From Bacteroidaceae bacterium (GTDB taxonomy: Bacteria; Bacteroidota; Bacteroidia; Bacteroidales; Bacteroidaceae), in assembly GCA_016284045.1 (NCBI GenBank), contig JAEEOB010000071.1, forward strand, positions 2,394 to 66,393: DNA of 64,000 bases, in the 5' to 3' direction. How positions within the stretch are numbered: the stretch's first letter is position 1; each line of letters starts with the position of its first letter. Positions 8,389-17,930 of this stretch are shown in pieces. The notes under the pieces were generated by a model, which saw only the letters and a list, made by a program, of their open reading frames with translations, had not been told where the DNA came from and searched no databases. Position numbers and translations under genes: made by a program.

Positions 8389-11031
8389 TTATTTCATAAC
8401 AGGCCGGACACTATGACCATCTATACGTTGAGAGTATCCTATATGTGGCTCATCATCGTTGGTGTAGAGTCCATAAGCATACATATAGTATTTTATGATA
8501 GAATATTTACGGCTTGGACCTATTGTTGAAGACCAGTATCTCAAAAACCTGCCTGTATCAGAAGAATGATCGCCAGCAGCCGGGAAAAACACATAATTCC
8601 CATTAGTACCCGTAAACAACCATCCATTCACGCCTTTCACCGTTGTCCATTCTTTTGTGCAGTTATCCACAAGCATGTTGAGCTGTTCAACACTCGGCAT
8701 ACACCAGTTTCCTTTCCACTTCACATGAGCCACATCATAATCGGTTCCGGAAATGTCCTCAATATATTTGCAAGAAAAAACAGTACTGTCACAAAGCGAG
8801 TAGTTTTCCCACCCGTCTTTATCCTTCACCTTTGTCTCCCCCCATGCATAATACCCGCCATATTCCCAAGGAGAGGAAGCCCCGACATTGCAGCAAGCAA
8901 ATTTCACACCGATGCCCAAATCGATGGCATGAGGATGCTTATTGTCCGGGCAGAGGGGAACGTCCAGTTCAGCATACGGGCTGGCAAGCACATCAAAGCC
9001 GGCCATCTTGACCACCGGATAGACACGGTATTTTTTACCCCCTGTCAGGTTTTGAAACTCAATGCTATAAGAAGCGAAATCCTTCACATTCGTATATTGT
9101 CTCTCAAAATATGACGGTGTGCGCACAACATTGCCGTCCTCATCAAAGATTGCGAATCCGACAGAAAAAGGGAAAAGCCCGCCTTTGGATACTTTCGCCG
9201 ACACCACATATTTTGACGGATTGTTTTTGTCGCGAGTGAATTTCACGTCAGAGAAACTTGGAATGACTTGCCCGTCATAGATAGCCTTACCGGAGGCACT
9301 ATAGTCGTCGCCCATCTGCCACTGAGACGGTCCGTCAGTGTCAGTGGCAATTCCATGAGCACTCCAGGAAGGAGAGATTGTCGCCTTATCATTTTGCAGA
9401 CTCTCATAGGCTTCGGTGCTACGTCCCGCACTATTCAGATAAACATTAGACGGAAAACCCGAAACAGTCTCCACACCGGCAGAGAGAGCGCCTGCCAAGC
9501 ATCCTGTCCTGTCACTTCCCAAAGGCAGACCGACAATCCAGTCAAACCCAACCTTCAACTTTCCACGCATCAACATATTTTCCACATCCACATCAACGCC
9601 TACCACAGAAGAGTGCTGGTCAACCCTATTCACACAAGGACTGCTGAGGTTATATCCTCCAGAAGCAGGATAATAGGTGATGTCCACTGTATGGACATAG
9701 TCAGCTTTGACATCTGCAGTCATGGCAAAATCCATCATGTCCCCATCGATTCTCGGACCGACATTCAGATAAAGCCTGGTACCCCATGGTCCTCTAACCT
9801 GGTCGCTCTTGTAGGTGGAATAAAGAATGGCATTCTTCAAACTACCGACAAGAGAATAATTGATTTCCGACTGGATATTGCAAACAGCATGAAGTTCTAT
9901 GAACGAGAGCAGACGGTCGGCATCAACCACACACTTCATCCATCCTGTGATAACAGGACTGGCATTGAAAGACAGCTTTGAACTTGAATACAAACCATAA
10001 ACCATACGGGGAGTAAAATAGCTGCTCCCGTTGACTGAGTAAGACTGACTGATATCAGGGATATTGACAGCAAAACGTGTGATTTCGTTTTGTTGAGCGC
10101 TTTGGCGGGCTTTAACATCATTACCGTCAACATCCTTTTCAACAAGAATGGCATATCCGTAGAACTGCGACATCACCTCGTGGAGATCAGCAGGACGGCA
10201 TTTAACCACCCAGCCGTTATCGGTGGATGAGATGCCCGAGACCCAACCAGCGAACCCGCAGGGGAATTTGTCGGATGATTCAACAATGGCAAGCTTATCT
10301 CCAGATTTGGGCAGAACAGAAGACGGGGTGTTTGAATCCAAGGTGATAGTCATTCCGTCAACATTCTTCACATAGTCATGGATATTTCCATCGAGGCGAA
10401 TGGTCTCCGCCTTATAGACAGGATCCTTACGCACGAAACTCATATACTCAATATCATCGAGTGAAAACGTGTAGGATTGAGTTGTTGTCTGCACAGTCTG
10501 AACTCCAGAGTCAAAGGTTATACTTTTCACCTCTTCTCGAAGAAACATATTGAACTCGCCATCATTACGAAATATGCAAAAAAGGTCACCAACAGGCCCA
10601 ACAGGCCCAGACGACTGTCCATGTATGATGTCGCTTCTGTTCTTTCCTGCCATCTCATTGATGATAGCCACAACGTCAGAAATGTCGGTATAACAGTCAC
10701 CGTTCACATCAGAAAAACGTTTGAAGTTATCATCGCCTGACATCACATTAATTACCGCAACGACATCAGAGACATCAACCAGGAAATCCCTGTTCACATC
10801 TCCGAAACGTGGAACGTAACGGATTGTCAGCACCTCCTCATTAGGAATTAAGATGGTTCCAGATGAGGAAGTGAAACTTACTTTGTCCGCTTTTGGCTCG
10901 ATTTTTGACAATCCGGGAAGGGGAAAGAAAGTGGAAGTGCCGTCAAGATGACGGACAGCTATTGACTGCGCAAAGGAAGCACCAGGGAAAAGCAGACACA
11001 GTAAAAATAATGTAAACAACCGGTATCTCAT
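8389..11031 (-). CDS. secreted protein: N-terminal type-I dockerin repeats, large unknown beta-rich core, C-terminal DUF1566/FISUMP-like domain
   Basis: 880 aa. Signal peptide MRYRLFTLFLLCLLFPGASFAQS. Dockerin repeats GDVNRDFLVDVSDVVAVINVMSG and SDVNGDCYTDISDVVAIINEMAG. C-terminus has ...WCMPSVEQLNMLV...GHSVRPVMK. Confidence 0.8.
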   Translation of the reverse strand: MRYRLFTLFLLCLLFPGASFAQSIAVRHLDGTSTFFPLPGLSKIEPKADKVSFTSSSGTILIPNEEVLTIRYVPRFGDVNRDFLVDVSDVVAVINVMSGDDNFKRFSDVNGDCYTDISDVVAIINEMAGKNRSDIIHGQSSGPVGPVGDLFCIFRNDGEFNMFLREEVKSITFDSGVQTVQTTTQSYTFSLDDIEYMSFVRKDPVYKAETIRLDGNIHDYVKNVDGMTITLDSNTPSSVLPKSGDKLAIVESSDKFPCGFAGWVSGISSTDNGWVVKCRPADLHEVMSQFYGYAILVEKDVDGNDVKARQSAQQNEITRFAVNIPDISQSYSVNGSSYFTPRMVYGLYSSSKLSFNASPVITGWMKCVVDADRLLSFIELHAVCNIQSEINYSLVGSLKNAILYSTYKSDQVRGPWGTRLYLNVGPRIDGDMMDFAMTADVKADYVHTVDITYYPASGGYNLSSPCVNRVDQHSSVVGVDVDVENMLMRGKLKVGFDWIVGLPLGSDRTGCLAGALSAGVETVSGFPSNVYLNSAGRSTEAYESLQNDKATISPSWSAHGIATDTDGPSQWQMGDDYSASGKAIYDGQVIPSFSDVKFTRDKNNPSKYVVSAKVSKGGLFPFSVGFAIFDEDGNVVRTPSYFERQYTNVKDFASYSIEFQNLTGGKKYRVYPVVKMAGFDVLASPYAELDVPLCPDNKHPHAIDLGIGVKFACCNVGASSPWEYGGYYAWGETKVKDKDGWENYSLCDSTVFSCKYIEDISGTDYDVAHVKWKGNWCMPSVEQLNMLVDNCTKEWTTVKGVNGWLFTGTNGNYVFFPAAGDHSSDTGRFLRYWSSTIGPSRKYSIIKYYMYAYGLYTNDDEPHIGYSQRIDGHSVRPVMK

Positions 11032-11296
11032 TGTCGTGAATGGTGTTAGTAGTGTTTTTGTGAAATTATTGAAAAAGCATCATCAACATCGTATTCAAAT
11101 TCATAGTGACTACAGGCCGATTTCCCTAGCGATTCAATTTCTATTTGCGAAGATAGTAAGAATTCCGCAAACAACAAAAAAATGCCGAGAATATGTGATT
11201 CCTGTGTTTACAATTTATTCATTGACTATTGAAGAACAAAGAAGTGGAGACGGATACGGAATCTGTCTCCACTGTTAAAGATGACATAAATGACCA

Positions 11297-12091
11297 TCAT
11301 TTATTCACCCACATACCTCCTTCAGGAAGCACAAAACCTTGCTGTGGGCGTTTATAACGGTTGCCCAGTTTTCTCTGTGCTTCCAGCTCCCAAGGCAGTT
11401 TTTTAGCGTCCTCTGGTTTTATAATCACCTTCGTTCCCACTCTGGCATACTGCCGTAGCATATTCAGGTCGTTATTACGCAATCGGATACATCCTTCGCT
11501 GTCGCGTCCCGGAACAGAAATCGCGTTGGAGCTGCTTCCATGAATTCCGATGCTTCTGTTGCTTGCGACCCGATGGCTGTTCAGCTGCAGTCGCATGAAC
11601 CAGTCGCCGTATGCCAGGATATTTCCCCTGCCGTCTTTAAAGTCATGCCTCCACGAACTTGCCGGCTGTATCTGGCTTATAGTAAATGGAATGTAATTCC
11701 CGTTTCTGTCTTTGACGCATACAGGAGTCGTGCCGTCTCCAGAACGGAACTTGTCTCCTATGTTCCTTGCCAGACACACGGGGAAATGCGCCACGAGTTC
11801 TCTTCCGTTTGATGTATCCTCGTAAACATAAATTCTAAAGTCCCGTTTGGAAATGACGAAGATGCAATTCTGAGGATTGACATTTTCTTTATAGACATTT
11901 CCCACATCATTGCTGTCATACACAAGATAATGTTTTTTGGGGAAAGAATTCATAGCCGCCCATCTCATGCCGAAGGGTTCTGGGTCCTCATCGCCAGTCT
12001 GGACAAAGCGGTTTGTGGCTGCCGGATTCTGCGCATTCACATTGATTACTGCAACAGCCAGCATTAAAGCAGATAATACTTTTTTTATCAT
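11297..12091 (-). CDS. L,D-transpeptidase (YkuD family)
   Basis: 264 aa. Signal peptide present. Catalytic motif SIGIHGS...SEGCIRLRN. Paralogue of 37243-38016. Confidence 0.85.
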   Translation of the reverse strand: MIKKVLSALMLAVAVINVNAQNPAATNRFVQTGDEDPEPFGMRWAAMNSFPKKHYLVYDSNDVGNVYKENVNPQNCIFVISKRDFRIYVYEDTSNGRELVAHFPVCLARNIGDKFRSGDGTTPVCVKDRNGNYIPFTISQIQPASSWRHDFKDGRGNILAYGDWFMRLQLNSHRVASNRSIGIHGSSSNAISVPGRDSEGCIRLRNNDLNMLRQYARVGTKVIIKPEDAKKLPWELEAQRKLGNRYKRPQQGFVLPEGGMWVNK

Positions 12092-12100
12092 GATAATTTA

Positions 12101-12170
12101 CTCAAGTTTCTGAAGTAAAAAAGGAAGCAGAGTTAATTTAAAGATTAGATTATGTAAGATGTAAGATTTA
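12101..12170. repeat. 70-nt intergenic repeat (copy 1 of 2)
   Basis: ctcaagtttctgaagtaaaaaaggaagcagagttaatttaaagattagattatgtaagatgtaagattta; roughly 90% identical by eye to 19582-19652. Confidence 0.75.
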
Positions 12171-12692
12171 TTAATCCACATACGCGAACTGCATATACAC
12201 ATATACAGTCCGTCCGTTATACCTGGTCTTAAAGAAATTGCCTGAGGTGCCCAGATAAGGCAGACGTGTGTATTTCGGCACATGCACATTGTATCCGTAT
12301 GAATTTGTAAGAATACCCGCATTCAAACTGGGTGAGAGACGGAAATTAACGTTAGTTCCATTGATGACCAGACTGCGTCCTCCATTGTAGTTAGACTGCT
12401 GATAATTCCTGGCACCTCTCATATTGGCAAACTGAGAATGAATCCAAAGAATATCGCCATTCACATAAATGCTGTAAAAGCCGTTTCGTGTCTGACCGGC
12501 ATAGGTGAATGTCGTACCTTTGGGGTAATGGATGTGGTTACCATAATAATCGCTGAGAACACCTGCGTTCATAGACGGTCCATAACGCAGATTCGTGTTA
12601 TTTCCTGTCAGCACAATGGTCTGTGCGTTCGCATTACTGCAAAACAAGCAGATAGAAATTATCAATGCAATTGTCTTAAATAAATGTTTCAT
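12171..12692 (-). CDS. secreted protein with two bacterial SH3-like repeats
   Basis: 173 aa. Signal peptide present. Two ~70-aa repeats (TGNNTNLRYGPSMNAGVL... / NGTNVNFRLSPSLNAGIL...) resemble SH3b. Confidence 0.7.
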   Translation of the reverse strand: MKHLFKTIALIISICLFCSNANAQTIVLTGNNTNLRYGPSMNAGVLSDYYGNHIHYPKGTTFTYAGQTRNGFYSIYVNGDILWIHSQFANMRGARNYQQSNYNGGRSLVINGTNVNFRLSPSLNAGILTNSYGYNVHVPKYTRLPYLGTSGNFFKTRYNGRTVYVYMQFAYVD

Positions 12693-12751
12693 GTTGTCAA
12701 AGAATTTTGGTTAATAACAAAGTTTTATCACTGTATTTACATTTTCTTCTG

Positions 12752-12759
12752 CAAAATTA
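12752..12759 (-). promoter_or_regulatory. candidate -7 box TAATTTTG for the SH3-protein/L,D-transpeptidase pair
   Basis: Plus strand reads caaaatta, ~60 nt upstream of the ATG at 12692. Confidence 0.4.
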
Positions 12760-12879
12760 CAAGTTTTTACCTTAAAAACAAAAAAAAACATCTTTATTTC
12801 TCTTTTTTTTCTAGAAAGCACTGTAAAAAAGCTCTGTTGGATGATTGAGCAACCATAGTAAAAAAGGCCGTAGAGGATT

Positions 12880-12920
12880 CCAAGAAAAAGGAGATGTGCC
12901 CTTGAACCAGACACATCCCC
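12880..12920 (-). terminator. Rho-independent terminator of the nqr operon
   Basis: On the minus strand: GGGGATGTG-N13-CACATCTCC (one G-U pair) followed by TTTTTCTTGG. Confidence 0.7.
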
Positions 12921-12944
12921 ATAAAATTAATATTCCATGAAAAG

Positions 12945-14216
12945 TTATCCACCGAAGTTGTCGAAGCGGATCATGTCGTCCTCTACGCCGAGTGAGTGCA
13001 GGAGGTCGAGCACGGTCTTCGCCATCATAGGAGGTCCGCAGAGATAGTATTCCACGTCCTCAGGTGCCTCATGCTGCTTGAGATAAGTGTCTCCCAGCAC
13101 ATTGGCAATAAATCCGGCAGAATATTTCACGCCAAGTGCGTCTGCCTTCTTGTCGGGGAAGTCCAGTCCGAGGTGGAAATGGAAGTTTGGATATTCTTTC
13201 TCCAGCTCGAGGAAGTCCTCCATGAAGAACACCTCGTCGATTCCACGTGCTCCATAGAAATAGTGCATCTCGCGGTCGCGTGTGTGCAGCGTCTTGAGCA
13301 TGTGCATAATCTGTGCGCGCAGCGGTGCCATACCAGCTCCACCACCTACCCATATCATCTCTCGCTTGGAGTCGAAGACAGGTGCGAACTCTCCGTAAGG
13401 ACCGCTCATCACGCACTTGTCGCCCGGTTTGAGGCTGAAGATGTAAGTCGATGCGATACCTGGAGGCACTGGTTGGAATCCTACCTGTGGTTTGGGCAGG
13501 AACGGTGGCGTGGCGATACGCACGGTCAGCGTGATGATATCGCCCTCATCAGGATAGTTCGCCATAGAGTAAGCACGTATGGTCGGTGTGTCGTTCTTGC
13601 ACTTGAGCGAGAAGATATTGAATTTCTCCCACACCGGCACATAAAGCTCTCCGATGTCGTTCTTGTCGAAGTCCTTGTCGTAGTCGAGGTCGTAAGCCGG
13701 AATCTTGATCTGTGCGTAGGCTCCAGGCACGAAGTCCATGTGTTCTCCCGGCGGGAGCTGCACCTTGAACTCCTTGATGAACGAAGCGACGTTCTTGTTG
13801 CTGATGACCGTACACTCCCATTCCTTCACGCCCATGACCGACTCAGGCACCTTGATGGAGAGGTCGCCCTTCACCTTGCACTGGCATCCCAGACGGAAAT
13901 GCTCCTTAATCTGCTTGCGGGTGAAATGACCTTTCTCTGAATCGAGAATCTCACCACCGCCCTCAATCACCTGGCATTTGCACTGGCCGCAAGAGCCCTT
14001 ACCTCCACATGCAGATGAGAGGTAAATGCCATTCTCAGAGAGCGTGGAGAGCAGGCTGCTTCCCTGTCCCACCGACAGTTTGTTCTCACCGTTGATGGTC
14101 AACGTGACGTTGCCGCTCGGTGACAGGTATTTCTTGGCAATCAACAGAATAATCACCAACACGAGTATAATTGAAAGGAATACTCCTATACTTGCTAAAA
14201 TAAAATTCGTATCCAT
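12945..14216 (-). CDS. nqrF: Na+-translocating NADH:quinone oxidoreductase subunit F
   Basis: 423 aa. N-terminal TM helix, 2Fe-2S motif [18 protein letters not shown]-binding C-terminal half. Confidence 0.95.
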   Translation of the reverse strand: MDTNFILASIGVFLSIILVLVIILLIAKKYLSPSGNVTLTINGENKLSVGQGSSLLSTLSENGIYLSSACGGKGSCGQCKCQVIEGGGEILDSEKGHFTRKQIKEHFRLGCQCKVKGDLSIKVPESVMGVKEWECTVISNKNVASFIKEFKVQLPPGEHMDFVPGAYAQIKIPAYDLDYDKDFDKNDIGELYVPVWEKFNIFSLKCKNDTPTIRAYSMANYPDEGDIITLTVRIATPPFLPKPQVGFQPVPPGIASTYIFSLKPGDKCVMSGPYGEFAPVFDSKREMIWVGGGAGMAPLRAQIMHMLKTLHTRDREMHYFYGARGIDEVFFMEDFLELEKEYPNFHFHLGLDFPDKKADALGVKYSAGFIANVLGDTYLKQHEAPEDVEYYLCGPPMMAKTVLDLLHSLGVEDDMIRFDNFGG

Positions 14217-14263
14217 AATTCTTATTTACGATTTAAATATGTAAGATTTACGATTTAAGTTAC

Positions 14264-14629
14264 TCATCTGTCCGAATACATTCGATCTCTCATTGTGAGA
14301 ATAGAACTAACTATTATCCTATATAATTCGTTACATTCATTTTGCAAATCAGTCAGGCGTTCTGGCTTAAGCATCTCTGTATCACTGATGATTTCAAGCC
14401 AATGAGCTGTTTCGTCTAATTCCTCCTGAACAATCTTCAGCTTATTCAGAAAATCTTTGTCAGATTTTCCAACACAAGCTGCACGATAGTTTGCAGAAGG
14501 TAAGGTTCCTGAACGAACAATTTGCTTTGCTATAGCATTTCCAGAAATCGAATGCGGCATTTCATCCACCATCTTTATTATTCTGACTGCAAATCGTCTA
14601 AATCTGATAATCAACTCTTCTTTTGTCAT
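14264..14629 (-). CDS. four-helix-bundle protein (23S rRNA intervening-sequence protein / Avd-like family)
   Basis: 121 aa. ...GNAIAKQIVRSGTLPSANYRAACVGKSDKDFLNKLKIVQEELDETAHWLEI... fits the family by eye. Visibly more AT-rich than the flanking nqr genes. Confidence 0.85.
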   Translation of the reverse strand: MTKEELIIRFRRFAVRIIKMVDEMPHSISGNAIAKQIVRSGTLPSANYRAACVGKSDKDFLNKLKIVQEELDETAHWLEIISDTEMLKPERLTDLQNECNELYRIIVSSILTMRDRMYSDR

Positions 14630-14668
14630 ACTAAATCTTACATCGTAAATTTTTAAATTCTTAAATCC

Positions 14669-15295
14669 CTAAAGTTTTAAGCCCGAGAAACACATAAATG
14701 CCATTGCCATAAGACCCACGGTGATGAATGTGATGCCAAGACCCTGAAGGGGCTTAGGCACATCGCTGTAAGCCATCTTCTCTCGTATGGCAGCCAGACC
14801 TACAATAGCGAGAGTCCAGCCGATACCTGAACCGAGTGCGTATGCCACGCAGTCGCCCACCCCACCGATAAACTGTGTGGAATTAGGTTCCATGTTGATA
14901 CGCTGCTGCATGAAGAGAGATGCACCCATGATGGCACAGTTCACGGCGATAAGCGGGAGGAAGATACCAAGTGCTGCATAAAGCGAAGGTGAGAACTTCT
15001 CCACCACCATCTCCACAAGCTGCACCATGGCAGCGATGACGGCGATAAAGAGTATGAATGCGAGGAAGGTAAGGTCAACGCCTTCAATGAGCGCACCTTC
15101 CGCAAGCACCTTCGTCTGAAGCAGATAATCTACAGGGACAGTGATGAGCAGCACGAACGTGACTGCAATACCCAGTCCGAGGGAAGTCTTCACAGTCTTA
15201 GATACAGCCAGATACGAGCACATACCTAAGAAGAACGCGAAGATCATGTTGTCCACAAAAATCGAACGGACAAACAAACTAAAGAAATGTTCCAT
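14669..15295 (-). CDS. nqrE: Na+-NQR subunit E
   Basis: 208 aa polytopic membrane protein in the conserved operon position. Confidence 0.95.
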   Translation of the reverse strand: MEHFFSLFVRSIFVDNMIFAFFLGMCSYLAVSKTVKTSLGLGIAVTFVLLITVPVDYLLQTKVLAEGALIEGVDLTFLAFILFIAVIAAMVQLVEMVVEKFSPSLYAALGIFLPLIAVNCAIMGASLFMQQRINMEPNSTQFIGGVGDCVAYALGSGIGWTLAIVGLAAIREKMAYSDVPKPLQGLGITFITVGLMAMAFMCFSGLKL

Positions 15296-15321
15296 AATTC
15301 TACGTTTTTTTAGTTATGTGA

Positions 15322-15960
15322 TTATTGTACCTTATCTTTATTATATGCACGGTGTGCCCAGATGATGCATCCCACGAGTATGAGCGCCATGGCCGGCATG
15401 GTCATCATACCGTTGTGGAGATAACCGCCTCCGTTGTCGAGCAGCCATGAGTCGGGGATAATCTGGAAACCGAAGAGCGAACCGAATCCGAAGAACTCAC
15501 GCACGAAGCCCACGATGACCAGTACAGCTGCATAGCCAAGACCGTTGGCAATTCCGTCGAGGAAGGATTCCCACGGTCCGTTCATCATGGCAAACGCCTC
15601 GAGACGTCCCATAAGGATACAGTTGGTGATGATCAGTCCTACATAAACGGAAAGCTGCACGCTCACGTCATAGACGTATGCTTTCAGGATATTGCTCACG
15701 ATGGTGACGAGCGCCGCCACAACAACAAGCTGCACGATGATACGGATACGGTTAGGGATGGTCTTTCTCAACAGTGAGATAATCACATTGGAGAATGCCG
15801 TGATGACCGTAACAGAAAGTCCCATTACGATGGCAGGCTTGAGCTGTGCTGTGACAGCCAGAGCTGAGCAGATACCAAGCACCTGCACTGCCACGGGGTT
15901 ATTCAGGTTGAGAGGGCTTTTGAATACTTCGCCATTCTCTTTTGAAAATAATTTACCCAT
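15322..15960 (-). CDS. nqrD: Na+-NQR subunit D
   Basis: 212 aa polytopic membrane protein in the conserved operon position. Confidence 0.95.
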   Translation of the reverse strand: MGKLFSKENGEVFKSPLNLNNPVAVQVLGICSALAVTAQLKPAIVMGLSVTVITAFSNVIISLLRKTIPNRIRIIVQLVVVAALVTIVSNILKAYVYDVSVQLSVYVGLIITNCILMGRLEAFAMMNGPWESFLDGIANGLGYAAVLVIVGFVREFFGFGSLFGFQIIPDSWLLDNGGGYLHNGMMTMPAMALILVGCIIWAHRAYNKDKVQ

Positions 15961-15974
15961 ATTCTTTGTCCTCC

Positions 15975-16682
15975 TTATTTTTTAAGACTCTCGAGAATGT
16001 CGGAATAAGCCGACAGACTCTGTTGAATCATATTGTTAACACCATCTGAAGTAAGTGTTGCACCCGTGATGCCGTTCACATAGTTGTCGGCACTCAGGTC
16101 GCCCTCCTTACCTTTCTTCACCACACTCAGCGCCACTTTCGACTTGTCGTCGCCGGCATAGAGCTTCTTTCCCTGGAATGTGTTCTGGAACTCACTCTCT
16201 GTGATGCGGGCACCCAATCCTGCAGTCTCGCTCTCATGAGAGAAGTAAGTGCCATACACCGTCTCGCAGTCGTCATCGAGCGCCACATAGCCCCAGATGC
16301 CTCCCCACAGACCGGCTCCAGTCATCGGGATCACATATTTCGTACCGTCAGGGGTCTCCGCCACATAAAGAGGGCGCTTCGACTTCGAAAGGTCCTTGTT
16401 CTGCACTTCGAATCCGCCTTTGTCCTGCTTGTCGGATGCTTTTTCGCCATAAACAGGGTCAGCTTTCACCAACTCAGCGTATTTCTCCTGCACATTATAA
16501 TCAGACCCTTTCTCAATGCGGAGCGCAGCGAGAATCTGGCTGCGTTTGTCGTTTGCCACATTGTCATCCTGTGTCGGCTTCAAGGCAGATGCCACGAAAG
16601 CCAGGAGGAACGCCACGATAATCACCATGACGGATGCATATATTATGGTGTATGCGTTACCGTTTGTATTCAGTTTTCCCAT
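15975..16682 (-). CDS. nqrC: Na+-NQR subunit C
   Basis: 235 aa. Single N-terminal TM helix and FMN-attachment motif GITGATLTS. Confidence 0.95.
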   Translation of the reverse strand: MGKLNTNGNAYTIIYASVMVIIVAFLLAFVASALKPTQDDNVANDKRSQILAALRIEKGSDYNVQEKYAELVKADPVYGEKASDKQDKGGFEVQNKDLSKSKRPLYVAETPDGTKYVIPMTGAGLWGGIWGYVALDDDCETVYGTYFSHESETAGLGARITESEFQNTFQGKKLYAGDDKSKVALSVVKKGKEGDLSADNYVNGITGATLTSDGVNNMIQQSLSAYSDILESLKK

Positions 16683-16686
16683 AGTC

Positions 16687-17871
16687 TCAGCCCTCCTTCA
16701 CTTTTACCGCACGCTTTGCGCGCTTGTTGATATTACGTTGAACCACACAGTAGTCGATGAGCGGTGCAAACACGTTCATCAGCAGTATTGCAAGCATCAT
16801 TCCCTCCGGATAGCCCGGGTTGAGCACACGGATGATGATAGCCATCACACCGATAAGGAATCCGTAAATCCACTTGCCGCACTCCGTGCGGGCAGAAGTC
16901 ACAGGGTCGGTTGCCATAAACACGGCACCGAAGCAGAAGCCTCCCACAGTGAGGTGCTCATACCACTGGAAATTATCTGCCACCTTGTCCTTGAAGATGA
17001 ACGCCATGAGCGCACCACCCACAAACACCGACAGCATCGTTTTCCAGCTGGCCACCCCCGTGATGAGCAAGAGTGCTGCACCGAGAGCGATGGCGATGAC
17101 GCTGGTCTCACCGATGGATCCAGGCATTATTCCCGTGATGGTGTCCATGAATTCAGTTGTCACAGCCACCGGCTTGTCCGCGGTGTTTGCAGCCAGCTCA
17201 CCGAGCGGTGTAGCCATGGAATATGCATCCACATTACCACTCACACCGGTGATGCAGTCCCAATAGTTCTGGTTCACCCACACCTTGTCGCCCGACATGG
17301 TTGAGGGATAAGAGAAAAATAGGAACGCGCGCGTGACGAGCGCCACGTTGAAGATGTTCATACCAGTACCACCGAAGATTTCCTTGGCGAAAATCACTGC
17401 AAAGGCAGTGGCGACGGCGATAATCCACAGCGGACAGTTGATTGGCACAATCATCGGTATGAGGATACCGCTGACGAGGAATCCCTCGTGGATTTCCTCG
17501 TTTTTCCATTGCGCCACAGTGAACTCAATGCCCAGCCCGACGATGTAGCTGACTGCGATTTTGGGCAGTACAGCACCCAGTCCGTAGAAGAAACTGCTCC
17601 AGAATGTAGGGTCCTCTCCATTGGCGATGTAATGCCAATATCCAACATTCCACATGCCGAAAAGCAGAGCCGGGGTAAGCGCCATCACAACAAACGACAT
17701 GATACGCTTCGAGTCGATGGCATCATGTATATGGGCTCCTTTGGCTTTCGCCGTGTCGTTGGGGACATACATAAACGTCTCGAATCCGTCGAAGACGGAA
17801 CGGAAAGCGTGGAGCTTGCCGCCCTCCTGGAAGGAAGGCTTGATTTTGTCGAGAAATTTTCTTAAACCCAT
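16687..17871 (-). CDS. nqrB: Na+-NQR subunit B
   Basis: 394 aa polytopic membrane protein, between nqrA and nqrC. Confidence 0.95.
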   Translation of the reverse strand: MGLRKFLDKIKPSFQEGGKLHAFRSVFDGFETFMYVPNDTAKAKGAHIHDAIDSKRIMSFVVMALTPALLFGMWNVGYWHYIANGEDPTFWSSFFYGLGAVLPKIAVSYIVGLGIEFTVAQWKNEEIHEGFLVSGILIPMIVPINCPLWIIAVATAFAVIFAKEIFGGTGMNIFNVALVTRAFLFFSYPSTMSGDKVWVNQNYWDCITGVSGNVDAYSMATPLGELAANTADKPVAVTTEFMDTITGIMPGSIGETSVIAIALGAALLLITGVASWKTMLSVFVGGALMAFIFKDKVADNFQWYEHLTVGGFCFGAVFMATDPVTSARTECGKWIYGFLIGVMAIIIRVLNPGYPEGMMLAILLMNVFAPLIDYCVVQRNINKRAKRAVKVKEG

Positions 17872-17930
17872 TATGTAATTTATGATTTAAATATTTAAGA
17901 TTTACGATTTTCAGTTGAGAGTTTGAGAGT

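Noticed and set aside
12996-13940. 314-aa plus-strand ORF
   Set aside because: It is antisense within nqrF. The same applies to the other nested ORFs in nqrB/C (16516-17304), nqrA (18726-19346), the aminotransferase (26770-27357, 27448-28029) and the HTCS (38953-39762).
14264-14629. Diversity-generating retroelement suggested by the Avd-like gene together with lectin-fold-like C-termini at 8389-8900 and 61814-62500
   Set aside because: There is no reverse transcriptase ORF in the window. No template/variable repeat pair was seen for either C-terminal region, and the genes are tens of kb apart.
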